NCBI RefSeq assembly: GCF_009914755.1
Contig: NC_060937.1
From: the human T2T-CHM13v2.0 reference genome, Homo sapiens
DNA: 64,000 bases
Direction: 5' to 3' (one strand)
Shown here: positions 1 to 16,849 of the stretch, in pieces
Layout of the letters: each line of letters opens with the position of its first letter
Numbering within the stretch: the stretch's first letter is position 1
The notes under the pieces: generated by a model
Database searches by the model: none
The model's input: only the letters and a program-made list of their open reading frames with translations
Told to the model about the DNA's origin: nothing
Made by a program: the position numbers and the translations under genes

Positions 1-2955
1 TGAGTGTACAAAAAATCCCAGGGCATAGTTTTACTAATTTCCTGTATTTATTGATCTCAGCTACACTATGATATTTGATAAGTCTTATCATATCTCAGTC
101 AACAGAACTTCATTCTAGATGTGGTTTAATAGGAATTAGCCACATGGATATAGATATCACAAAAAAAAAAAAATGTGACAGGAGTGGCAATGAGGAGGAA
201 ATCCAAAAGATAGGATCTAGCAACCAGGATGTGGTGAGAAGCTGATAGACACTTACAACATGAGCTTCAAAGGAAAAGAGGTTTTTGTTCTTTTTTCTTC
301 TGTTGGCTTCTGTTTTCTCTTTTTATATAAATATGGGAAAAGATTTTGGATATATAGATGGAGAAAAGAAGAGAATATCTTAACTTGTGCCTTTGGGTAT
401 ATTAGTGAAGAGTTATGTAAGATAAATAAGAAAAAGAGATACAAGCAGCAAGAGATGAAAGAAAAAAATTCACTTGAATTAAATGCAAGGGAGATTGTGA
501 TCTAATAATACAGCTAATTTACAGGAAAGACAAAGGGGAGGAAAAAATTCTTAGGAATGAATTTTAACATTGTGAAAATACCTGATCCCAGATGAAGACT
601 TTCAAAGTAACTGGGTACCTTTAAGCTGGAGAGAAATCTGGAGCTGGGTTTGGTAGAAGATATGTGAGGCTGTATGAAGACAGTTAGATAAAATTAGATA
701 ACTTTGGTTATTGCAGTAAAGGGAAAGTGAAGCACACTGGAACTAACTCAGAACATAAAAGATGGTGGTGGCTGTCTGAGTGAAATGATTGCTGGAGATA
801 GGCATTCTCTCCAGAAACCATAGGCAGCATCCCTACTGTAGTATGACTTTGGTTGTGATCTCTGTCAGAAGTGCTAATTTGGTGGCTAACACTCCTGGAA
901 AAATAAATGAAAATATTCTAGATGAATGAGCATGCAAGGACATCAGAAAAAAAATTTTAAGTGAATAATTATAAAATAGCATATAGTATAGTTGGATCAT
1001 ACCCTGTTAACTGATGTGAAGTAGGGATTATAAGAGAAGAGAGGGACAGAGAGAGAGCTACTTATAAAACGAGTCTTAGACTCTCTTAGTGACTCTAAGA
1101 GATTAGACCGAAGCTTTTCATCATGCCAATGTAATAACACTTAAACATTTTAAACTGAAACTTTTTTCTTGGCTAGTTTTTTTTTTTAATTTTATAACCT
1201 TTCATTCCTGGAGCCAGTAGCACTAATTACCTCTGACAAGTGGCTCAGAATATCTACAAGAACTAAATTAAATAAAATGTTAGATAAATTCACAGCAATC
1301 AGTCTGATATCAGAAGAATTTTATTTGTGATAGCTAGACACTTGGGGAAGATATGGCTTGTTTTACACTCATATTGATCAAAAACTAAAAGACTAGAATT
1401 CCTAGAAGCTAACTGTGATGATGGACATAATGGAATATATTCCATGAAATTATTTTACTGCCACACAGTAAGCAATTAAAAGTCATGTCTAACCTGAAGA
1501 AAAGTTTGGAGAGGATCTGAGGAAAAGTGTCTGGTACTTGTAGGCTATCAGGGCTTCTAAGAAGGAGGCACAGTTCCAGTCAGGGTATCTAGGTAATAAG
1601 TCGATAGAAAGCCCACATCATTTGAGGAAGAATCCAGAAGCATGGGGTATCCTGAATCCCAAATTCCTCCTAGGCCTCTGGAAGGAGATTGCCTTACATT
1701 TATCCTGCAGCAACACAGGGGAGCAGCAGTAAGAGACACGTCAAGGTAGACACACAAAGGTAGAGTATGTCTCAGCAAAGAAGGTCTATGTTCCTCTCCA
1801 TATCCCTAAAACTCTTCAAACTCTCTTATGGAATGAAAAAGTATTTGAAAATATCTCTATGCACCATTCAGAAGAGCAAAACTTGTAGTCAAGAATCACA
1901 GCATCCTGGGACAAGAGGTCAAATAGAAGACACTTCAGTGTGGGAAATTTTAGCTGGAAAGAAACCCAAATGGACCTCAAATAATCTGCAGTCAGGAAGG
2001 GTTGAGGAAACCCTTGGGGAAAAAAGCAAAGAGCAGATTGTTTATCTCCTCCAAAGAAATCACTAAATTTGCTTTGCCTTAAAATTATGGATGACTAGAA
2101 TCAGTAAGAAAAAGACAAGACAGAAGACAAAACCCAACGAACAAAATGAAGGAGACATGTCAGCAGAGGCTGGTAAAGGCCAAGAAAATGTACACAGACA
2201 GCTTCTTCTTGCTCTGATGTGATCATATTTGCAAGCATTTTCCTATATTGAGGTGCACCACAGGGAGGAAATTGTGGACGTTCATTTACGTCTACACAAA
2301 CACCTAGGAACAGTTCTATAATAGAGTTTAATGGCTGAATTCAATGAGATTAAATTGAATTAGGCTGAAATTGTACTCTACAGAGACTTTATTTTAAATA
2401 AAAATACACAGATTACCTCACATGGCAAAATTAAATGTTCCACCGTCACTAAAAACAGAGACATATATTATTTATTAATAATAAAGCTTATATTATTATG
2501 TCATGCCCATTTAAGTTATGAAGTAGTTTTATCATGTTTTTCTAAAGAAAGATATGTCCGCAGCAAAAATAAAAATATATAGTTTATATCCAAGAAGGAA
2601 TATAAACAAATACCAGAACAAAAGGATACACTCAGAAATAGGGAAGTATAGAGGGAGTGGACTCGAATACAGCATGAAAAGCTGGTCAGCAAAGTGGGAG
2701 AATAAATAAGAAAATTATGGAGAATTTTAATCTAGAAAAGAAAGAATAAAGAGAAAAGAGTTGAGAACAGAAGACAGGGAAGTAACAAGTACATTTTTAA
2801 AGTGGCAATGTGAATCTAAAATCAGAAGGTACTAAGGTGAAATGCTAACAGAGGAGGAAAATTCAAAAGTACTGAGATAATGGAGAAGACATAGGTCAAT
2901 TAAGATAAGTACTAAAAAGCATCCTGTGGATTTATAAAGATAAGTGTGAGATTTG

Positions 2956-3001
2956 ACACACACACACAAACACATACATACACACACAAGCGCACACACA
3001 G
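2956..3001 (+). repeat. Imperfect (CA)n microsatellite
   Basis: gacacacacacacaaacacatacatacacacacaagcgcacacacag read directly. Confidence 0.85.
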
Positions 3002-4439
3002 ACATATTTACTCAATTTTTCTTGATATACCTAAGATATGGTGAAGAAGACATCTCATTTATTCAAATGTATGAGTTATTCAGTACTCTTGCAAGTTAAT
3101 AGTAGAATTATGCTAAATATTTTTATAATTATTGTGCCTAACTTTTATTAACATCAATGTAGTTTTCATTTATCATATAGATTTAGTCACCCTTAAAATT
3201 TTTTAGTCTTCTTTATGGTGCAAATGGGATCAGAGACTCAGAATTTAAAGCAAGAAGGTTTTTGTTAACAAGAACCACATTTTAGGAAGCTGAAGAGTTC
3301 TCAAAACCCAGGAGCATGAAACCACCAAACTTCAGTGTCTGAAACATTGAATCATAGGCATTACTTAACATCTGACTATCCCCAGGGCCTCCTCCCAGAT
3401 CTAATTTGAAGTATTTAGGAAATACTCAAAAAGTATAGACTTCATATTCTTAAATAGCAAACTGAGAGCTGCTAACATATGTTTGAAACAAAAAAAATAT
3501 AATTTTCATGAAGTATTTAATAAAGTATAGTTAGTTTATATTTCTAGTTCCTTTGAACTCAAAATAAAATTTTTCAAGTTTTACTATCATATGTTACAAA
3601 GATGCCATATAAAAATATTCAAGATGACTTTACTGTAATCAGAAAAATTGCTCTACTGAAAATTAGCATTGAGCTTCTATAATCCCATATTTCAATAGAT
3701 TGATAGGCTGTTATCTCTAAATAAGTAAATTTCTATTTTCCTTAATTTGATGACCTTATATAAAATGTCTTCAAGTTTACTAAGTATGAAAACATCTATT
3801 TATTAATGCAATTTTTATGATAATGTGAACTCAGATACTAGTTCACATTATCCCCCATTCCTGTAAATAAATAACCCCAGGTTATAGTAACCCAACAGAA
3901 AATTCTAAGAATTTCTTCATTGTTTAAAAATTTTGCACTGAGATAAACATTTGTGGTAAAATATGTGTAGCTATATTAATACAAGACAGAACACAAAACC
4001 CAAAAAACAAAATAATTCTGTATCTTTGTTGCAGTTAAAGGAATGCAACTAAAATATTTGCTATGTATATTTTTCCTAAAATATTACTTTAAAATCAATC
4101 TCAAATGGTTTTTCAAGAAATAACCAAAAAGAAGTCTCATTTAATAGGGTACTTGACCTTGTATTTTGTTTTAAAGAAATATTCTGTATTTTTTTATAAA
4201 CATAACTATTCAAATATAAAGGGTAAATTTATAGAAAATGTAGTTGATGAGAGTCCTTTCCTGTATACTGCAGAATATTTGAAGAACTTTGCTTTCTATG
4301 AAGAATAATGTTAATATGAAGGCTTCACACTAAAGTAAAAATACTTGAACTAGAAATAAACACATAATCTCAACTAAAATATTTTATATATAATATGAAA
4401 CTATCAAACGATGTAGTCAATTCTTGATAAAAATAATTT

Positions 4440-5010
4440 TTGTTCTAATTAATGTTGTCTATAACATGAGTTGCAAATATATTTCCAATTGCTCTATATG
4501 ATTTTAATTTGCTGTTCATAATTTTTTCTATTAAAATTTTTAAATTTAATATAATGAAGTTTATTAGTTCATAAAATTGAAGTGTATATTGTTCTTGATA
4601 TCTATTTTTATTTATTCTGGCTTTACTTAACTTTATATATATATTAATGTCCAACAGAATGATTTTGTTTTTGGCAACTATGCCTGTATTGCTAATTATG
4701 GTTCAAATACATTTGATACCCTTTCATGTAATCATTTGATATACATGGATTCATAACTATTTTGTGTTCATATTTGATTGCTGATTTCTTGCTTGTCTGT
4801 GTTTCTTTTATTAAACATATCTGCTTATTTCTTTGGATGTATTTAGACACCTTTTTATTATAGATTAAAATTTAGCTTTATTTTTTATTTCACTGTTTGC
4901 TCTTTTTTTAAACTTGTTAAATTTTTCAAGTAACTTTTATCCTTTTATATGCTATTGATTCATAGTATACAATTATTTTTATTGTGCTAGTATTATCATT
5001 TTATGGAAAT
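4440..5010 (-). mobile_element. Highly diverged L1M (L1ME-like) fragment
   Basis: T-rich sequence resembling antisense old L1; boundaries approximate. Confidence 0.35.
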
Positions 5011-5064
5011 AAACACCTATGTCTTTAAGGATGGAGGATCTGCTCAGAGCCTCATCCAGATGAG

Positions 5065-5210
5065 AAAATAATAATAGCTGCTAATTATCGAGTATTCAGT
5101 GTGCATCAGAGCCTGTTTTTTTTGTGTGTGTGTATTAATTCAACTGATCTTGCTAGAAATCCTACAAAATGACTATTATTTTCCCATGTTGCAACTGTAA
5201 CTGAAAGACA
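5065..5210 (-). mobile_element. MIR SINE
   Basis: aataataatagctgctaattatcgagtattcagtgtgc...aatcctacaaaatgactattattttcccatgttgca matches the antisense MIR core. Confidence 0.6.
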
Positions 5211-8200
5211 AGACAGACAGGCATTTTAAAGAGAAATGTGTATCCTTCCTCTAATGATGAATATTACACAGGAAATAAAATAGAAAACATTACTAAGCCC
5301 TCTTTGACTTTGTACCACTTGCTCTCTCTTGACTTTGTACCATTTACTGTCTAGCCACAGATATCACTTTCATGTGTTGTGTCTAGAAAATGTGCTGCTC
5401 ATTTTTGTCTCAGAGACTTTGTCTTTGCTGTTCCTTGTGCTTAGAAAGCTTGGACCAGATTTTTTATTTCATATATGGTCCTTCTCATCAGAAAATTCCT
5501 CCAGTTTCTCCAAGAAAAAAAAAGCCCCTCTTTCATCTATCATAGGCATTGTGCTGCCTTGTTTGATGGCAGAATAACATATTTGGATCCTAATTCTGTA
5601 ATTTAGTAACAATGCAATATTAATACGATAAGAATCGATATAACTTTTGTGTTTATCATCTCCTTTATATATGAAATGTAGGTGATAATTGGATCTAGCC
5701 AATTGGGATGTTTTGAAAAATAAGTACAGTGAAGAACTCAGAGAATGGCTTCGCATAAAAGAAGCACTCAAAAAAAAACATTATTTTTCAGTGATATTTG
5801 TGATTCCACTTCATATTATTTATTATTTAAAATGCCTTCCTTAGTATTTTTTAGTTGATAAGATTTGAGGCCCGTTTTCAACGTTTTTAATAGATTTTCT
5901 TCTATAAAATGAAACATGGAGATTTTTAGTTTTCTATTAATGGTATATTAGTTTATATAAGACAAAAATTGTACATTACGACTCTCATTGTTTAAAAAAT
6001 ATGGGTGAAATGGGAGCACAAAATAATAAGACATCATACTTTTATTGACCTTAAATATATTTAACATAGCTCAAATATTTTAAGATTATTTTATTGTACT
6101 ATTTCAGGAACTAATACAGTAAAACCATAACAGACTGAAAATATGTTGAAGGCCCCTTGGCAACTTTACCATTTAATATGCAGGCTGTGGAATGGCCCCA
6201 GCCATAATTAATGGTCACCTCCAAACTCCTTCTAAAGTAGGTTATACTATCTGATGGACAATAAATCATATAACACAAGAGAATATTGACATCTATAACT
6301 TCAGTCACTCACTACTTCAATTAGTTCTAAGTTATCCAAATTTCTGCAGTGTGTACTTTCATAGAAGGAGAAATCTTCACCATGGCTTTAAATATTTTGA
6401 TGTCCTCTCTTTACATTACTTCCTTAGAAATTTCCAGATTGAAATTCCTTTTTTAATGTTGAAGTCAGTTATACTATATAGTCCTTGGTAACTCAATTAC
6501 TTAAATATCTTTGTAGATATTTTACCTATATAAAAACTCCTCATTATTAATAAAAGCTTTACCTTCCCATAATTACATTATTATTCTTTTATGTTAAAGC
6601 ATTTCAGTTTGCTAATAACTTATTTTCAGTAATCTCATAAATAGATCCAATGAACTAAACAGTGATTATAACAAGTACTTGCATAATTAGGAAATATTAA
6701 ATAATTGCCTATATAAATTGTATAAATTTTTTCAGATAAAGTGCAGGGCAAATTACAAAATAAAAATTTACTTGTCATGAATTCATTATTTAAAGAATAT
6801 AAAAACAATGAGGAATTATGTGAAACATTAAACACATTCAAATGTTAAACTATCACATTTTTATAAAATATATTTTAAAAACTAGAAATACTCTCAAATC
6901 ATTGATGATGGCGTACAGCCCATTTCACAGTGGCTATAGACTTTTTATTGTCTATAAATGTAACACAAAGCTAACAAAGATAAGATATACAATGTAACGT
7001 AAAAATGAATACATAAAGGATTAAGTTATAGGCATATACTCATATTTGAATTGAGTTCGCTTAACCACATGCACTATATAAACAAACATTATAGCAGACA
7101 GATTGAAGCTCAAGATTAGTAAGCCAAAGATAAATAAAAATATTTCTGCTGGGCAACAGAGTCCACCACTTTTCATGAAAACATATGCCATTAAAGTCTT
7201 GCTTTACTTATTAAACTTAAATTAGCATGTATTTACTAAAAACAGGGTGTATATAAATATGCTAGGTACTGCAGATGAACAAAAATTAAAACACTCACTT
7301 GGCGAATTTAAAAATCTAATAGAATGATAAGAAAAACTCATGGATGAGTGTAAATTATGTTAGAATATAATATGTTGAAAATGGGGTACAGATAAAATCT
7401 TTTTGGTGTAGGTTATTGGCTGAGAAAAGGTCCAAGAATCAGAGGAATTAGAGAAAAAAATAGGATACAGCAGCATTTGGGAACAAATTCTTTGAAAATA
7501 TGTAGTTGCCAGTACTATAGAAGTCAACAAAGATAGAAACTCAAGATAATAGATTGGATTTGCCAATTAACAGTCCATTTTGAGAGAGTAATTTTGTTAG
7601 AATTCCTGGTGGTGAAAAGTTGATAATTAGACTGCAGATAAAAATATCTTTCCTGTGCTATTGGTCTATCTTCTCCCATCCATTTTAGAATGCATCCTTA
7701 CTAATTACTCTAAATGAAACACTAAACTAAACAGAATATTAGGACAGTAGCATTTTCTACATATTATGAGCCTGTTTTTGTATTTTTTTCTGCAATTAAA
7801 ATTTAAAGTTAGGAAGAATAAAAAGATAAATGTGCAGTGAGATTGAATCAGTAATTCATAATCCGCCCAACAGCAACAACAGAAAAGCCCAGGACCACAT
7901 GAATTCACAGCCAGTTTCCACCAGACATTGGAAAGAAGAATTGGTATCAATCCTACTGACACTATGGCCTAAGATTGAGAAGGAAGGAATCCTACCTAAC
8001 TCGTTCTACTAAGCCACTCTTACCCAAATGCCAAAGGAGGAAAGGATGTGACAAAAAAAAAAAAAAGACAATTACAGGACAATATTCCTGATGAACAACA
8101 AAAATTCCTAATAACATACTAGCAAACCAAATTTAACAACACATCAAAAAAATAATTCACCGTGATCAAGGCGTTTTATCCCAGGGAGGGAGGAATGGTT

Positions 8201-8375
8201 CAAGATATGCAAATCAATAAATGTGACAGATCACATAAAAATAATTAAAAACAAGAACCGTATGATCATCTCAATAGATGCAGAAAAAAGAGCCAATAAA
8301 ATTCAGCATTCTTAAAACCTTCAACAAATTAGGCATAAAAGGAACATACCTCAAAATAATAAAAGCCATATATAA

Positions 8376-9650
<1,275 letters not shown>

Positions 9651-10701
9651 AAACTGCTGAAAGAAATTATAGATGACATAAACAAATGGAAATATATCCC
9701 AAGTTCATGAATTAGAAAAACAAATGTCATGAAAATGACCATGCTGCCCAAAGCAATTTACGGATTCAGTGAAATTTCTACCAAAATATCAACATCATTC
9801 TTAATAGAATTAGAAAGAATAACAACCCTAAAACTCTTTTGGAACCAAAAAGGAGCCCAAATAGCCAAAGCATTCTTAAGCAAAAAGAATAAATTTGAGG
9901 GCATCACATTACTCAACTTCAAGTTATACTACAAGGCTGCAGTACCAAAACAGCCTTGTACTGATATAAAAGCAGATACGTAGACCAATGCAACAGAATA
10001 GACAACTCAGAAATAAAGCCAAATAATTACAACCACCTTATCTTTGAGAAAACATACAAAACATAAACATACAAATATTAACCACGGAAAAGTGAATAAA
10101 TGAGGCTGGAAAATTGGATATTCACATGTAGAAGAATGAAACTGGATTCCTATTCTCTCACCATATACAAAAAATTAACCAAAGATGTATGAATTATTTA
10201 AGAACTGAAACCATAAAAATTCTGTAAGAAAACCTAGGAAAAACTATTCTGAATGTTGACCTAGGCAAAGAATGTATGACAAAGATCCTCAAAGCAAATG
10301 CAACCAAACCAAAAATAAGTAAATGAGACCCATTTAAACTGAAAAACTTCTGCACAGCAAAAGAAATAATCATCAGAGTAAATAGAAAACCTACAGAATG
10401 GGAGAAAATATTTGCAAACTACATGGCCAACAAAAGAATATTATCAAGAATCTACCTCAAATCAGCAAAAAAAAAAATGCCACTAAAATGTGAGCAGATT
10501 ACATGAATAAACATTTCGCAAATATGTACAAATAGCAAAAAAATATGAAAAATGCTCAACATCACTAATTATCAGTGAAATGAAAATTAAATCACAATGA
10601 AACACCATCTCACACCAGTCAGAATGGCTATGATTAAACAGTCAAAAAAATAACAGATGCTGGTGAGGTTGTGGAGTAAAGGGAATGCTTGTAACTGCTG
10701 G

Positions 10702-11075
10702 TAATATGATTTGGCTGTGTCCCCACCCAAATCTCATCTTGAATTGTAGTTCCCATAATCCCCAAGTGTCCTAGGAGGGACCAGGTGGAGATAACTGAAT
10801 CATGGGATAGGTTTCCCCATCCTGTTCCCATGATAGTGAGTTAGTTCCCATGAGATCTGATGGTTTTATAAGCGGCTTCCCCCTTTGCTGGGCATTCACT
10901 CTCTCTCCTGCCACCATGTGAGGAAGGATGTATTTGCTCTCCATTCTGTTATGATTGTTAAGTTTCCTGAGGCCTCCCCAGCTGTGTGGAACTGTGAGTC
11001 ATTTAAACCTCTTTCCTTTATAAATTACCCCATTTCAGGTATTTCCTCATAGTAGTGTGAGGAGAGACTAATACA
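10702..11075 (+). mobile_element. THE1 (THE1C-like) MaLR solo LTR
   Basis: Begins taatatgatttggctgtgtccccacccaaatctc and ends gactaataca; perfect 5-bp TSD gctgg (10697-10701 / 11076-11080). Confidence 0.95.
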
Positions 11076-11769
11076 GCTGGTGTGAATGTAAATTAGTACA
11101 GCCTCTTTTGAAAATAGTATGGAGATTTCCCAAGGAACCAAAAGTAGATCTACCATGATTCAACAATCTCACTACAGGGTATCTACCCAAAGGAAAATAA
11201 ACCATTATATCAAAAATACACCTATGTGTGCATGTTTATTGCAGCACAATTTACAATAGAAAAGATATGGAATCAACCTAAGTGCCCATCAATAAATGAC
11301 TAGGTAAAAAAGTGGGATATAAATATATGTGTATATTTATAATATGATATATATATGATATATATATAAAATGAGCTAGTACTAAGCCATAAAAAAGAAT
11401 AATATAATGTATTTTGCAGCAACTTAGATGGCATTAGAGCTGTTATTCTAAGTGAAGCAACTCAGGAATAGAAAACCAAATACCACATGTTCTCACTTGT
11501 AAGTGGGAGCTAAGCTAAGGTACACAAAATCAGACAGAGCAGTATAATGGGCATTGAAGACTCAGAAGGGGGAAGGGTTAGAGGTGGGTGAGGATAAAAC
11601 CTACCTATTGGGGTACAGTGGACAGTCTTTGAGTGATGGGTACAATAAAATTCAAGACTTCACCGCTCTACAATTCCTCCTTTTAACCAAAACTCACTTG
11701 TAAAGTTGTTGAAATTAAAAAAAGAATAAAGAAAACAAGAGAAATAAAAAAAAAGGCAAATGACACATT

Positions 11770-13260
<1,491 letters not shown>

Positions 13261-15349
13261 TGGGGGAAAGGAGAATGCACCCTCAAAAGATACCCCCCAC
13301 CAAAAAAGAGATGAAAAATAGAGAAAGGGATAATCCACGATTTTATGGAAAAGATTATTGCAAGAGAAAATACTAAAAAATAGCACCTAATTTTTCTAAG
13401 ATATTAGTTACATACTATGAGTACCAATAGGCATAGCTATCTGGTTAAAACCTAGAGAAGCCTTTGATAATTTTACATATGAATGAAATATGCATTAAAT
13501 AAGAAGATAAATAAATTTCATGAAGCCAGCATACATTTCATTCTCTTTAAATATTTCTTTCTGAGTTCAATCTTCCATCATTTCATATTGTCTATTTCTT
13601 TGCTACTTTTGTTGTGATTTTTCCTCTTAGTTCGGAATGTATTATCCTGTGTAATGTTTTCAGCCCTTTCAATAATACAATATAATCTTCAACTGATTTT
13701 GTTGTCATGTTATTACTGCATTGCCAATCTCCAACTGTGAGCAACCACACTGACTGCTTTCCCTGAATTGCTGAGTGTTTCACAAAATCATGCTAGTACG
13801 ATAGTACATTCACCAAATATTTAATTTGCCTTTCATTTATTATATGACAGGCATTATGTTACACAATGGAGACTCTACAATGTAAGCAGATGAGCGAATG
13901 GAACTTTATTCCAAGAATGACTGCATTAGGGTTCATATTCATGAGCTTGATAGATACTTCACTATTTTGTAGACTAAAACTTCTAACTCCTGAACTGACT
14001 AAAAATTGTATTGCTACATAAAAACAAGTAGTTGCTTTATCAATAAAATGTGTAATTAGCATAAGCTAAAGGATGTTTGACAAGTTTACTTGTTTTGGAT
14101 TATTTGCTGACATTTGAGGCAATAACTTTGAAATATTACTCAAACAATAAGAAATCAGCAATGTCCTATGAAAATTCAGAAAACAATTTATACTAGTAGT
14201 TAAATAATACATTATATAGAAAGTTTAAAATTAAAAAGTAAATTGCTAATGATTTTAAATCAATAATAATGAATAGTGTAAACATCACTGGGGGGAAGAC
14301 CATTAGTAAAATTGGCAGTACATATAGAAATATGCAGCTTCATTACAAATTTTCTTTCACTCAATGCTAATAAATTTAATCAAACCAAACAAAAAAGGAA
14401 CAAAAAAGGTTAAAATATCCTACTATAATCTTTAAAACACATTTACCAAGATCAACTTCTATTTCTTGCACTATGACTAACTAAATATCTTTAAAATAAC
14501 TTTGATTAAACACACTTAAACATTATTGATAAAATGTTTTTTATTAATATTCTATAACATGCATAGCTGAGTTCACAAAAAAGTACAGAAAATAAGCAAT
14601 AAACAAGAGTAATAAAAAATTGATAATTGAAAAAGAAATGGTAAGTTATTGCTGAAGCTATGAATGTATTGTGTAATTAAACAAGAAGCATGGGTTGTAA
14701 TGACCATATTAGGGAGAGTGGAGTCTTGGACTCATGCTGGGTCCTGGGACTAACCTCCAATGAAAGTTTATAGAAGAAAGAACACATTAGCTAGCAGAAT
14801 ATTAAGAAAAGAAAAAATTGAAAACAAGGCAAACTTGAATTCCAATACAAACATATTCTACATAACATCTCCTCAATTACTGTTTTTTTTAGGGAAAGAT
14901 CTCTTGGTTTTTGATATCCAAATATTTTATGGAGTAGATCTGTCATTATAATGTTTTTCAGCCAATATATACAAGAAAAATATATGCATATTTACAAAGC
15001 TCACTGAATTATAAATGAGCATGCAGAGATTATCTCAATTTATATATCAAATGCAATTTGCAGAGTTTAAAAATCAAATAATGATGTTTAGAAAAACATT
15101 TTAAGCATCAACAAAGCTAATGCATATAAAATGTATTAGGAGGCACTAAGGGAAATCATACTATACACAAGGGAACTTTTTATTTAACAATCATATGTAC
15201 TTTTGCTAATCCAGTAGAAACTGTTTAAAATATTTGTATCCTAACATGATACTTTATTTCTTACACATAGACATGTAACTCTTAGTTGTGCTACTTAGAA
15301 ATCTCTTAGGGGGTCTTTCTGTGACATGTCAAATATATTATTTTTTCTT

Positions 15350-15910
15350 TTTTAAAAATGCAAAATCATACAACCACATAGGTAAATGTCGAAAACATTA
15401 AACTGAGTGAAATGTCTTACACAAGATTTCATAATACATAATTTCAAGTCACTGAAATCTGGAGCAAGCAAAAGTAATAGTTGATGCTGACAAAGGAAAG
15501 AATAGTGGTTGCCTATCAGCATTTGGAGGTAGAGATTGACAAAAAGGGTGATGGTAATGATCTCCATTTTGACAGAACTTTTAGTTACAAGTGTATGCAT
15601 TTTCTAAAACACATTAGTATACTTAGATTGCTGCCTTTATTCTATGTAAATTTGACCTTAAAAAGATCATTTAAAGGTATCCAACTCTAGTTAACTCTAG
15701 CATGCAAAAATGTTTTTGAATGAAAATAATGTCTGCAAGTTTAAAATTAAATAAAAATTGATGGATGGATGCATAGATAGATAATAAAGCAAATAAAGTA
15801 AATGTTAATTGTTAAATCACAGTTATAGAATGTGAGTGTGTAGGATTCATTTCTTTCAAATTTTTTGCACATACGAAAATGTCTTTGTAAAATGCTGAAA
15901 AAGTTAATAA
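15350..15910 (+). mobile_element. Old L1ME 3' end
   Basis: aaacattaaactgagtgaaa...aatagtggttgcct...ggtgatggtaatgatctccattttga motifs of the L1ME 3' UTR. Confidence 0.5.
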
Positions 15911-16529
15911 AGAATAAGAATTAAATACATGATAAATCTTTTCCTGCAGAAAGTCTGATTTAATGTACTGGGTTATTGATGTTAAGTAGAGATATCTTTA
16001 TATTCTACCTGTGTTGTCTTGAAAACCCAAAGCTTAAAAATTAAGTTAAATTAGGCCTGAGTAAGTATGGAGCATAAGTAGCCAAATAGAAATAAACTCA
16101 CATACTTACTTCTAAATCAAAATTGAATTTGTGACAAAATGTGCGGAATGTAGAAAACAGAGTGAGAGGGAGAAAGGGAATATAAATCAAATACAGAGTC
16201 AGAAGAAACATCTAACAGGAGAAGATATCCCCACCAACTTCATATAGTGGGATTTTTATCTATGGAATGTAAAATTTGTCATGTTCCTCCCGCTAAGCAT
16301 ATTCAATAGACAAGTTATCTCCTCCTAGGAAATAGCATTAGCCTATCTACCAGAAGATCTGGTTCATAGAAAGATTATGTTATGTGTTCTGACTTATTCT
16401 CTTTCCTTTGAGGTAGAGTGTCTGGAGTAAAGTTTGGGCCTGAGAAAAGAGTAGACAGAGATCAGGCCAGTCGCTGTATCTCCTTATTCCCCAACATCAA
16501 AAAATAAAATAAAAGATAAAAATAGGGGA

Positions 16530-16849
16530 ATTAAATTCCAAATGAAAAATCTAGAAGAAGAACAAAAAACAAACCAAAACAAAATAGTAAAAGAAAATAA
16601 TAAAGATAAAAGCAGAATGTTGTAAGGTTAAAACAGTTAATAAGTAAATTTAAATGCTCATTATTTAAAAGAATCAACAAAATGCAAAATCACTAGGTAA
16701 GCTGATAAATTAAAAAGTAGATATAGCAAAAATAAAAAATATGACAAGTAAAATAATTATTAATGCAGAAAAAAGCTGAAATATCATGATAGACAACTTT
16801 TCAGAACTCTATGAAAGTAAATTTTAAAATTATATAAAATGAAAAACTT
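16530..16849 (+). mobile_element. Old L1M ORF2 fragment, target of the next element
   Basis: A-rich ORF2-like sequence (aaatctagaagaagaacaa...agaactctatgaaagtaaatttt); similar old L1 resumes at about 21730-22030. Confidence 0.45.

Noticed and set aside
1068-1096. Overlapping small palindromes (gagtcttagactc; tctcttag...ctaagaga)
   Set aside because: The arms are too short to exceed chance expectation.
5299-5346. Short tandem duplication (ttgactttgtacca twice); similar ones at 40526-40569, 27450-27492 and 63293-63357
   Set aside because: Two-copy local slippage or repair duplications with no spacer array; not CRISPR-like.
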